Positions 37,315-49,170 of a DNA stretch of 64,000 nt are shown piece by piece. The notes under the pieces were generated by a model, which saw nothing but the letters and a program-made list of their open reading frames with translations, was not told the origin of the DNA and ran no database searches. Source of the stretch: Eledone cirrhosa. Lineage: Eukaryota. The position numbers and the translations under genes are program-made. The stretch lies in the NCBI GenBank assembly GCA_964016885.1, contig OZ024748.1, positions 26,536,001-26,600,000 on the forward strand, written 5' to 3'. Position 1 is the first letter of the stretch. Each line of letters opens with the position of its first letter.

Positions 37315-38029
37315 CTGTAAAACAGACAAAGGTTTTCTAATATGTAGAATTAAAGACTGTGGTGGAGAATCTGTCCCCCTCTCCCTTTCCTTCGTTGCTT
37401 TTTCTGTTTCCTTTTTTGTTTCATTTAAATATTATTATTTTTCTAATTTCACAATGGCTATCTCATAACATACACTTTATTATGTTGATGAAATTTAAAA
37501 AACAAAACAGATTAATCAAATGTTTCCGATTTGTATTTGTAGTAGGCTAAACGTGTAAACTCTGGATCTGTTCATCATGCTAAACGCATTTATTTTATTA
37601 TTGATTTTATCGACATATTCGTTATCTACAACGTTATCTTTTAAAATGTATCTGTGCAACATTTCGTTTTAAAATAGAAACTATTTAGAAAGTTATGAGG
37701 GAACAGTCAGAAGTGAGCACCACAAAACACTAATTCAACTTCTTCCAATAGCAGACGACATGTTTGTGTGTGTGTGTGTGTGAATGTGATTCTGTGTGTG
37801 TGTATGAATGTTATTCTGTGTGTGAATGTGATTCCGTGCGAGTATGTATGTGCGTGTGAGAGAATGCGAGTGTGTGTGTGAGAATGCGAGTGTGTGTGTG
37901 TGAGAATGCGAGTGTGTGTGTGTGCGTCCGTACACAGTAGCTGGAAGAAAGGGCGAAGCAAGAAGACCAGTAACAAGAGGTTAGGGGTGAGGAGAGAGAG
38001 AGACAGTTGAACAGTGTATATATACAGAT

Positions 38030-39510
38030 CGTCTTCTTTTCTCCCCCTCCTCCTCTTCTTCCCCCTCTGTCTGTTTCTCCATCTTCTTGCTTGGGATCTA
38101 CTCCTGGTTTCCTGCCGGTTGGTTTTGTCTGTCCAGTGATTCTTTCCTGAGACATTCTAACACACGTCCATTGTATCGGAGCAGTGATCTCTCAATTGGG
38201 AGAAGTAACGGCTCTACCCGGAGTGATTCTCTGATCTCTGAGCTATGCACTTTATCGAGTAACCTTGCTCCAACGACCCTTCGGAGGAACCCCATTTCAG
38301 CCGTTTGTGTTCGCGATCGTATTCTTTCGGTCATTACCCAAGATTCATGACCATAGGTAAGGGTTGGCATGAATAAGAATTGAAGATAACGAGTTTGGTT
38401 TTTCCACCTACCTCCCTTCTTCTAATTACTGAATGCTGAAGCTGGCGCATTATTGCACCAGATTTTGCAATTCTTGTACTTAATCCAGTCTCCTGCCTTC
38501 CATCACTCGAGATCACGGCCCCGGGTGGTAACTGTACACACCCTTGGCGGAGTCCAACTCCCACATTGGATGGTTTTAATTTAGCATCATTTTTCCGAAC
38601 ACAAATACTCGGGAATTCGTATAGAGGCATCAGTGCTACAAGAAACTGACCATCGATCCCATACTCCTGCACAAACTTCCATAGCAGGTAAAGAGGAATG
38701 CGGTCATATGCTTTTCAAGGCCAACAAAACAAGAATATACTCCCATGGCAATACTCCCATGATTTTCCGAAGACTTGCCGCAGTGTGAATATTTGGTCGG
38801 CTGTGCTACGCCCGGGGCAAAAACCGTACTATTCATCAGTTAGCTTGGACTCCACAATTGTCTCTGCATCTTTTTGCCAGACACCTAGCATAGACTTTGC
38901 TGGGGACGCTTAACAAAGAGATATCTCTGTAATTGGAACAATCTCTTTTGTTTCCCTATTTGAAAATTAGGATTATCACCCTGCTTGCCATTGCTTTGGT
39001 GCCTTTCCAGAGATCCAGGTCACTTGGCACACACGAATCAGCCAGACGGGGTTGGATTTAGACATCTTGTAACCTCAGCCTCTGAGAGATTAGTCCCCAC
39101 TGCCAGATGCACCTCGTGAAATACTGTTGTGATCAGGTTTAGGAGATCAACGAAGTATTCTTTCCACCTCGCAAGGATGCACCTCTCTGAAGAGAGGAAA
39201 TCCTCAGACGCCTTCTTGATAGCAGGTGTGGAGGACGGCTTCTTATTACGAAGTCGGCGGGTAGTCTGCTAGAACACTTAACCACAAAGTCCTCCCATTT
39301 CTTAACTTTGGACGCCTTTACTGTCTCTGCAGCGATTGTTCGTGCCTGCTTGTACTGCAAGTGCAAAGAAGGAGGACTTATTTCCAAGTCAAACTTTGTA
39401 AGCCTTCTTCTTTGCTCGGATGGCATCTTTGACCTTTTGATTAAACCAAGGGGCCCTCCTGCCATCTGGCGCCACACTAAGCCCCTTTCGCTCATAGCAT
39501 TCAACAGCTA
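38030..39510 (-). mobile_element. RTE-clade LINE (RT region to 3' end), degenerate
   Basis: VGVGLRQGCV, PTLTYGHESWVMTERIRSRTQTAEMGFLRRV, EIRESLRVEPLLLPIERS; multiple frameshifts; GAA-rich tail. Confidence 0.92.
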
Positions 39511-39809
39511 AAGCAGAAACTGCTGCGCTGAACAATCTCCACTGTCTCGACAGAAATGCGTTAAAATATCAACACAGGAAATGCGTTAAAATATCAACAC
39601 TGCACTGTTTTGGATCATTACAGAGTGCAGTATTTGCAAGTAGTGGATACTTCAATAGCAAATTTGAAAGATTTTTTTTTTTTTTTTTTTCACAAGATTT
39701 AGCAAATTATGAAAATCTGAGTAAAATATTGGAAATTTTTGTGCTGAAGTGATCATGCAATATCCAGAGCTTGAATTTTCTTTAAGGAATGAAATACTTT
39801 TTTTATAGA

Positions 39810-40135
39810 AATCATCATAATGGATCATCTCTCGAGGATCATCGAAAAATATTCGGTGAAATGCAACCAGAAGTCCGTCGTATGTTTCCAAATGCTGAGC
39901 GATTGCTCAGGCTACTTTTAGTGTTTCCGACCAGTTCTTGTGAAGCTGAAAGATCTTTTAGCGCTCTACGGAGACTCAAAACTTGGCTGTGATCGACCAT
40001 GACCCAGTAATGGTTGAACCATATTCTAATATGCCACGTTCATAGAGATGTTTTCAAAAAGATTAGTTGTGAAGAAGTTGCTAAATTATTTATTGACAGC
40101 AATGATGCGAGATATTATACATTTGGAAAGTTCTA
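39810..40135 (+). mobile_element. hAT transposase C-terminal dimerisation domain remnant
   Basis: MFPNAERLLRLLLVFPTSSCEAERSFSALRRLKTWL*STMTQ*WLN with in-frame stops. Confidence 0.9.
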
Positions 40136-40544
40136 AAAGACAATAAATTTACTTTATATTTTTTTATTCAAACGTCTATGTTTTATTTTTTGTTTATTTG
40201 ATATAATAAATTCTTTTTATATCTGAACTTCATTTAAATATATAAAATTTAATTAGCGTAACTAATTTACTTATGTGATAGGGTCCTGGAAAGGCACCAT
40301 AAGCAATACTAACATGCTCCTTTAAGAATCAACAAATGTTGGTTTGCCCCCCTCACATTTTTAAGGCAAACGAGGCCCCTTACCAAAAAACCCGGGCCAC
40401 TCTACTAACCAGAAAGAAATAATACATAGAATCCTTTACCCACACCCACTGTCACTACCATGATTATCATATTCCCCTATAACAAACACTTAGCACAAGA
40501 AACACTACCTCAACAACTTGGAAGGCACCAAATAGTCACTCTAA

Positions 40545-41925
40545 GCCTCTACACCACCACCACCACCACCATCATTAACATCACCACTAAACCAACACCA
40601 CCACCACCACCACACCATCACCACTACACCAGCACCATCCCACTCCACCAGCACCACCACCACCAACACATCACTAACATCACCACTACACCAACACCAC
40701 CACCACTACACCAACACCACCACCACCACACCATCACCACTACACCAACACCACCACCCCACTCCACCAGCACCACCACCACATCACTAACACCACCACC
40801 ATCACTAACATCACCCCTAAACCAACACCACCACCACCACTCCTTCAGCACCACCCCACTCCACCAGCACCACCAACACAACATCACTAACATCACCACT
40901 ACACCAACACTACCACCACTCCACCACCACCACCACACCATCACTAACATCACCACTCCACCACCACCACCACTAACATTACCACTCCACCACCACCACC
41001 ACCACCACCACACCATCACTAACATCACCACAACACCAACACCACCACTACTTCAGCACCACCCCACTCCACCACCACCACCACCACCACCACACCTTCA
41101 CTAATATCACCACTACACCACCACCACCACCACCACTACTTCAGAACACCCCCCCACTCCACATCCACCACCACCATCACCACAACAACAAGGAGGTCAG
41201 CAAAACCTCACTGCAGGCCTCCAACAATCTAATACATTATATCGTTGAAAGGGTCAAGTTAGAAGGAGTGACTAGGGGGTTACTTGTGGCAACACTTCAT
41301 ACCATCACCAACACTACTACCACCACCACCAACACCACTATTATTACTACCATCACCACTACCACCAACACCATTACTACTACCATCACCATCACCAACA
41401 ACACTACTACTACTACCACCACCACCAACACCACTACTACTACTACTACTATCACCAACACCACTACTACCACCACCACCACCACCACCACTACTACTAC
41501 TACCACCATCACTATCTCCATAATCACCACCATCACTGTCACCACAACCACTACCATCAATATCACCACCGACACCCACCAACACCACCACCACTACTAT
41601 TACCACTACCATCACTATCATCACCACTACTACCACTACCACCAACAACACTACCACCATCATTATCACCACAACCACCACCACCATCACCACTGCCACT
41701 ACTACTACTACCACCACCACAACCACCACCGCCACTACTACTACTACCACCACCATCACTATCTCCACAACCACCACCACCACCACTAAACCCACCACTG
41801 CCACTATTCCCACCACTATCACCACCACCACCACCACTATCAGCACCACCACCACCACTAATCCCACCACTACCACCACCACCACCACTTCCACTACCAC
41901 CACTACTACCACTAATACTATTACT
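40545..41925 (+). repeat. Degenerate (CAC/ACC/ACT)n trinucleotide low-complexity tract
   Basis: It gives poly-H/T/P and poly-V/G/W ORFs in all frames. Similar tracts lie at ~31180-31360, 35915-36115 and 56515-56660. Confidence 0.92.
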
Positions 41926-42659
41926 ACTCTTTTATCTTATCATCTGTTTATTTCAGTATGGTGGTGGTGGTGGTGTTATTCCTTAGGGGGTTCTCTACTT
42001 ATGTTACCTTCTACTGGTCCTTGCTTCCTCCTCTGCCCCACTCTGCCAAAACAGGTTGTTGCTACCAAAGGTCACAGGAATTGCCATGTAGAAGGAAGAA
42101 CTCAAGGTCATAAACAAACCACTGAAGAGGTGGGGGGCTGGGGAGAAAAGGAGAAGATGGGATAGGGTGGTAGTGATGGTGTTGTGATGATGATGATGAT
42201 CATCATCATGGTGGTGGTAGTAGTGCTGATGATAGATTGTTAGAATCATGAGGGTGTTTACACTCCCAAATCCTAAGGGGATTTCATTACAACCCTTTAT
42301 GGCCTGAGTTCAAATCCCATACCCATAAAAACTCCATTTTGCTTCTCAGCCTTCTTGGGGTGAGATTTGGTCAAGTTTACATTCCTGTTAACACTTTCAT
42401 TACCATATTTCTAATGAAAGATACTGTCTATGTCATTAACCATTTCCTTAGCATATTTCAAATGAAAGACACTGTCTAAGGTGTTCATATAATGTTGAAA
42501 ATAATCAAGAATTTGGGATTATTAAGCTGTTGTTTACATAACAAATGTTCTTACATAAAATAAGGTTTTTAACCACCTTAAAATGAATACTTTGGTATCA
42601 TTGAATCAGAGGAGGTTTCAGGTAGTTTCGTATGAAAAGGGTTAATACTTTTGATACCA

Positions 42660-43310
42660 AAGCTCCTAGGTGTGTTGACAAAATCGAGAGACTTAACAAG
42701 GAGATCCTTCTGTAATTGGAACAATCACTCTTGTCTCCCTTTTTGAAAATTGAGATTATCACTCCCAATTGCCATTGCTTAGGTAGGTGCCTTTCCAGAG
42801 ATCCCAGCCACCTGGCACCCGGGAGTCAACCAGAGAACACCTTCTCTATTTAAGGCTTTTAACATCTCGAGCCGGATTTCATCTTCCCCAGCAGCCTTGC
42901 CACACTTAAGCTCTTTAACTACTCTTGTGACCTCAGCCCCTGAGAGATTAGTCACTCCTCCCAGATGCACCTCATGTACATCAGAAGATGCTGTTGTGAT
43001 TGGATTTAGGAGATCAGCAAAGTATTCTCTCCCCCTCGCAAGGATGCATCTCTCTGAAGAGAGGAGAACCCCAAACACATTCTTGATAGCAGGTGTGGAG
43101 GAGGGCTTCTTATTACAAAGTCAGGGGATGGTCTACCATAACACTTTATTTGCTGATCTGAAGTCAGATTCCAACTCAATCCCAAACTCCTCCCATGTCT
43201 TAACTTCAGACACCTCAATGTCCTCAGGGAGTTCTTTGAATTTGGATGCAATAGTATCTCCATACCTGGTCCTGACTTCTTTATCCACCAATGCCTTCCA
43301 CTTACAGAGC
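42660..43310 (-). mobile_element. RTE-clade LINE, linker and start of RT
   Basis: WEEFGIELESDFRSANKVLW, EVTRVVKELKCGKAAGEDEIRLEMLKALNREGVLWLT. Confidence 0.88.
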
Positions 43311-43639
43311 TGTTCTGCTAGAGAACAAGTCGCAGGTGGCAGATAGCGATATGGCCACAAGATATGATGGCTAATTGTGATATAAGTGGGCAACTGCCGG
43401 ATGAATAAACAACCAGACCAACAGTGGTAAACTACTAGGGGAAATGGAGCACCTCTAGCTAAAAAAAAACTCTCACAACCCAGTGATGTAGCTGTCTATA
43501 AAAGCCTATTTTTCGCAGGTTTGACAAAGCACCAGATTGGTGTCTGGCATGACTAAGACCACTGAAACTGAACCTGCAATATGATGAGGAAAACAAAGAC
43601 GAGTCATACCACATCATTCTTCATGTGGGTTAACAAGAG

Positions 43640-44690
43640 ACGTGTTCAGGCCTTAGGTAGAGGGGCCTGTTCGAAAAAATATATTGCAGTCTCCAAATCA
43701 TGCCGCAAAAACTGGCGATGGGCATGTGATCTGTCCTGGGAGGCATGGGATGGATGCACAAAGATTGTGTATCCTGAGACATCAAAGAGGATCTGGAAGG
43801 GAGAAAACCTTGACAGTTGGAACCAGGAATCCAAATACAGGTCCTTCCTTGATGAAGTGAGTGCAGTGTATATCCTGATGGGAGACTTCAATGCACATGT
43901 TGGTCCTGACAACCTGACATGGAAAGGAGTGATTGAAAGGAACAATGATCCCAATCTAAATATAAATGGAGAGGCCTAATTAGACTTCTGTTCTAGCAAT
44001 GGATTCTCTATTATGAACACCTTCTTCCAGCCCAGAGACATCCATGGTAAAAGGGGAATCAGGAGCAGAGATCAATAACACTGGTCAATAAAATTTTGCT
44101 TTTTTTTTCTGCTGACCACAGTTTAAGACCTATTCTTCAATAATTTTTTTAAATGGCAATATATTTTTCTATCACATCGGCTGGTCCATATTGGCCCCCA
44201 CCTATAGCTACAAGAGATAGCACACTGGTCAACAAAATTTTGCTTTTTTTTCTGTTGACCAAAATTTGGGACCAGTTCTTGAGTCATTTTGGATCACTGA
44301 GTTTAAAAATGGCAATATTTTTTTTCTATCACATCAAGTTTTCACTTGGTCAACAAGGAGGGTATACAAAATATCTGTGTTTCCTGTGTTTATGGGATAG
44401 CCAAACGAAAGACAAACATGAAAACTTGATGTGTTAGGGGAAAATGGATGCTATATCAGCACCTCAAAATTAGCTAAAAACAACAACAAAACCTAACTCA
44501 GCAAAAAGTGTGTTGACCAGTGTAATTGATTTGGTTATTGTCTCTGATCTGTTTGATTGTGCTGGATGTTTGTGTTAATATAGGGGCTGAACTGTCAATT
44601 GATCACTGTCTAGTTGTCTGCAACTCAAATAAAGCCAAAAAAAGCCCACAAAACTGGCAGGTCCAGGATGACCTACAGGAAATCAAGGAG
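43640..44690 (+). mobile_element. RTE-clade LINE AP-endonuclease region, opposite orientation, interrupted by a DNA element
   Basis: YRSFLDEV, ILMGDFNAHVG, LNINGEA*LDFCSSNGFSIMNTFF, QRSIID (split by the insertion), GAELSIDHCLVVC. Confidence 0.85.
44079..44522. mobile_element. Non-autonomous DNA transposon with CACTG termini and 3-bp TAA TSD
   Basis: TAA|CACTGGTCAA...TTGACCAGTG|TAA. Removing the element and one TAA restores CAG AGA TCA ATA ATT GAT (QRSIID). Confidence 0.8.
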
Positions 44691-45052
44691 ATGTTAGCCA
44701 AAATTCCAAAGGTATTTAGTTTTTAATTTACATCCTATAGAGCTTGTGTTTGTTTAGCTTTCATTCTTCCAGGATGGATAAAATAAATTACCCCAAGTAC
44801 TGCTGTTGAATTAACTGGGTGTTGTACCTAAATTAAAAACAATTATTTTCATAGGCATAACTGCAGTGTAAAAACAATTTTAAAAAAGACCCTAGTCTCA
44901 GATACACTGTTAACAAACAAACAAAACAAAGAAAATGATAGCCTGATCATAACTGTAGCAACTGATTGTTTGATTATATGTCTGTTGGATCATGACTGGT
45001 CTGGAGAATAAGAAATGGCAACCATTTTCTAAGTAGAAACTAGATACACAAG

Positions 45053-45405
45053 GACCCTATTTTTATGTATGCAAGCTCTATTTTATGTTTGTAAGCCCTA
45101 TTTTATGTATGTGAGCGAGCCCTATTTTATGGATGTAAGCCCTATCTTTATGTATGCAAGCCTTATTTTTATGTATCTAAGCCCTATCTAATTTTTATGT
45201 ATCTAAGCCCTATCTAATTTTTATGTATGTAAACCCTGTTTTCTGTATATATATATATTCAATTTTCTATACGGAAATTCTACTTTGTATGTAAACTCTA
45301 TTTTGTGTGTATGTAAACAGTACTTTGTCAATGTAAACTCTATTTTGTGTGTATGTAAACTCTATTTTGTGTGTATGTAAACAGTATTTTGTCAATGTAA
45401 ACATA
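45053..45405 (+). repeat. Degenerate ~20-bp minisatellite (AAGCCCTATTTTATGTATGT)
   Basis: More than 10 degenerate copies read directly. Confidence 0.85.
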
Positions 45406-46342
45406 CTAACTTCCGACGGTGAAAAATGTTTAAGAGATAAACTCTATAAATATGGTTGTAAAATATTTCATTCAACTTTCTAAAGATATCATGAAGTGAT
45501 GTGGCTTAGTGGTTAAAGTGTTGGGTTTAACTCGCTGTAAAATGTTACCTCAAAAGTGTCCCATCCAACCCATACTGGCATGGAAAATTCAACATAAAAT
45601 ACGATGACGATGATGATGAATACTTTAAAATAAAAAGTTTACTATCATAGAATTGGGGTGGTTTCAGGTGGTTTGGTATCAAAAGGGTTAAGACCAAAAC
45701 AATAATTGAAATTTCTCTCTTCGCTGGAGAAAGAAGACAGAAACCTAACAGCAATTGTTAGCAATTCTCAAATAAAAGGGGAGATAATTTCAAGAAATTA
45801 AGAATTAATATTTCGAAGGTGATTTCCATGAGCACATATTACTTAGTAATTTAATATAAACCATATAATTCTGCATCTAACCCATGTAGGCATGGAAAAT
45901 AGGTGTAAACTATGATGATAATTATGAATATGGTTATAATATCTGTGAGGATGAACACACCACATATTATAACATCTCCGTGTATAAACACACCACACAT
46001 TATATTACCTTTATCTCCTCAACACTTTATAAAAGTCAGAGAAATTGACTTCGTATATGTTTGATAAAATAAAAATTCATTGTAGAGAGGTCCCTCTTCT
46101 CTCAGTTATAACAAATAGAGATCAATAGAACATGATTGATATGATCAACTCCACCTTCAAAGGTGATGTCTCAATATGGCCAGAGTATAATAACAAGATT
46201 AGTTAGAGAATGTGTGGAGAATTATAGCGAAGTGAGAAATATGACAGTGAAAAGCTGCAGAGAAAGCTTCTGGTGGCAAAAAAACAGGAACTAGTTATTG
46301 AGAGTAGTTTCATTAATAGCCTGTATATGGTAGTGCACATAC

Positions 46343-46765
46343 TTAAATATGGAATGTTACACGATCCACAGCCCCAGTGGACAGGCTGGAGAAAGCGTTC
46401 CCCCGGAGGACGGCAAGCGAAACGCGCTGGAAAAGCCACTCCAACTCACGGGGCTCACACCTGCGGCTGGCCAGCTCAGCGTCTATGGTGGTGAGTAGGG
46501 AGGTGGCCCTAGGGCCGAGGGCACCAGAAGTCTCCACTGCCAGGGGAACGACTGCAAACCTGTCGGAGAGCGACCGGTATTTGAGGAGTTTGGCCCCCTC
46601 AGCCCGACGTGCAGCAGAACCTGGGTTAGTCGCAGACTGCACCAGGTTGTGGCTGCAGAAAGTGTCGGTGCAAGTAGCATCCCAGACAAGGGGTTTGCCA
46701 CCGCAGAACGGGAAGATGGTCGTCATGCCATCTGGCCTTTGGCCGTCCCCTTGTATAATAACTGG
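46343..46765 (-). mobile_element. CRE-clade non-LTR retrotransposon 3' fragment (restriction-like endonuclease domain)
   Basis: [29 protein letters not shown]...AEGAKLLKY...PLAVETSGALG...FQRVSLAVLRGNA. It is visibly GC-rich compared with its flanks. Confidence 0.8.
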
Positions 46766-46809
46766 AGGCTGGAAAACAATGAAATAAAAAAAAAAGAAAA
46801 GAATTATAT

Positions 46810-47320
46810 TTGTGTATGTCTGTATGTATGTTTCTGTGTTTGTGTTTGTGTTTGTGTGTGTATATGTGTATCTGTGTATGTGTGTGTGTATGCATGTGTC
46901 TAAGTGTGTGTGTGTATGCGTGTGTCTAAGTGTGTGTGTGTGTGTGTATGCGTGTGTCTAAGTGTGTGTGTGTGTCTATATGTGTCTAAGTGTGTGTGTG
47001 TATGTGTGTGTCTAAGTGTGTAAGTGTGTGTCTGTATGTGTGTGTGTATGTGTCTAAGTGTGTAAGTGTGTGTCTGTATGTGTCTGTATGTGTGTGTATG
47101 TGTCTAAGTGTGTAAGTGTGTGTCTATATGTGTGTATGTGTCTAACTGTGTAAGTGTGTGTCTGTATGTGTGTGTCTAAGTGTGTAAGTGTGTGTCTGTA
47201 TGTGTGTGTGTGTGTCTAAGTGTGTAAGTGTGTGTCTATATGTGTGTATGTGTCTAACTGTGTAAGTGTGTGTCTGTATGCGTGTGTGTATATGTCTAAG
47301 TGTGTCTGTATGTGTGTGTG

Positions 47321-47353
<33 letters not shown>

Positions 47354-48445
47354 CAGTGGTGCCACCACTACACAGAACAGTAACAACAGATATCTTCTCA
47401 CCATCTTTTACACTTCCGTTTAATGTAAGAGAGAACATATGCTAAAACTCCCACCACACACACACACATTTACATACACAAACACACACATATATATATA
47501 AAAGAACATATGCTAAAACTACCATCACACACAAACTCACACATAAATACACAAACACACACACATATACACAAACACACACATGTAAAAGAACATATGC
47601 TCAAACTACCATCACACACACATAGATACACAAACACACACACAGATACACAAACACACACACATATGTAAGAGAACATATGCTAAAACTACCATCACAC
47701 ACACATTTATATACACACTCACAGACACATACACATGCACACATTTATATACACGTTTATACACACAAACACACACATATACAGATACATACACACAGAT
47801 ATAAGAGAGCTTATGCTAAAACTACCATCACGCACACACACACACATTTATACACATAAACACACACACACACACAGATAAAGATACACATACACAGGCA
47901 CACATTTATATACACACACACATATATATGTAAGAACATATGCTAAAACTACTGTCTCACACACACATACACAAAGATGCTAAAACTACAATCATACACA
48001 CATACATACACATATATATATACACACAAACATATGCTAAAACTACTATCACACAAACACACACACATATACATACACAAACATATCACACACACTTATA
48101 TACACAAACATATACTGAAACTACCATCACCCAAATATACACATACACACATACATGTGTGTATTTACCAAAGTCATACATAACCCAGACACACTTAGAT
48201 ATTTGTGTATTACTACATACACAAAGGCAGCGATATAAACAAACACATTCATACACAAATATACATTTACATAGATATGTGTATGCCTGCACACACATAC
48301 ACACATGCCTGTATACACAAACACACAGAAAAAGAGACACATACACACATGTATATATGTGTACAGACACATAAACAAGCACATTCCTATACACATACAT
48401 ATACAACACTCCTACAATGCAAACACAGATGAATGTGCACATACA
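46810..48445. repeat. Compound (TG)n then (CA)n microsatellite field with embedded recurring motifs
   Basis: TG-rich with recurring GTCTAAG at 46810-47352; CA-rich with 9 copies of ACATATGCTAAAACTACCATCAC at 47430-48130. Confidence 0.9.
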
Positions 48446-49170
48446 CAGGGTGTAACAGGTAAATTGGGACATGTTTCAAATGGGTATATTTCTGATTTTG
48501 TTGGAGTTTAAATTTTAAATATTACCAGAATCACTTATTCATAATTTGTTCAATCTGAAATAAAAAATAGTATGTTAATAAAGAATGAAACTGTAGAAGT
48601 GTAATTTCTAAATTATTTCACACCACCAAAAGTGCTGGGGAGATTGTTAGAGCCACAAAGTATGTTAAATCTACTGTTTTTAGAGTTGTAGCCAATTTGA
48701 AGAAAAGTCAGGATGTTCAGAGAAAGCCTCACAGTCCTCGCAGTGATCAAAAATGCACACCTCAAACGATTGATTCAGTTGAACCAATCAAAATCGATGA
48801 CGAAGTTAGCTCGCTCAAGATCAAGGAATCAGTAAAATGACCATTTCTAGGGCTGTGAGATAAGACCTCCATATGAAAGCATATGTGAAGAGACACTGTA
48901 ACAGCCTAACTACCTGCTCCAAAGCCATTCAAGCTGAAAGAAGTCCCAAACTTCTTAGTCATCTGAAATATTGAGGTGGAGACGTCCGCATCTTCGTGGA
49001 TGAAAAGAAGTTTGTTGTAGACGAAGTTGAAAACCATAAAAACTCACGAGTGATAGCGTACAACCCTTCCCAAGTTCCTTCAGCAATAATCTGGCAACCA
49101 TTATCGTTTTTGGAGCTGTTGCAAGTGATAGGAAATTGATGCCTCCTCATTTTAATGAAGCAGGTCTTAG
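48446..49170 (+). mobile_element. Tc1/mariner-superfamily transposon 5' remnant (maT/DD37D-like)
   Basis: CAGGGTGT terminus; IFVDEKKFVVDEVENHKNSRVIA, and after a frameshift VFGAVASDRKLMPPHFNEAGL. It is cut off by the satellite. Confidence 0.75.

Noticed and set aside
40460-41912. His/Thr/Pro-rich ORFs that could be a second mucin or His-rich protein
   Set aside because: Trinucleotide low-complexity DNA open in several frames on both strands, with no splice or codon evidence.
47430-48130. CRISPR-like repeat/spacer pattern
   Set aside because: The spacers are CA microsatellite of irregular length, not unique sequence.
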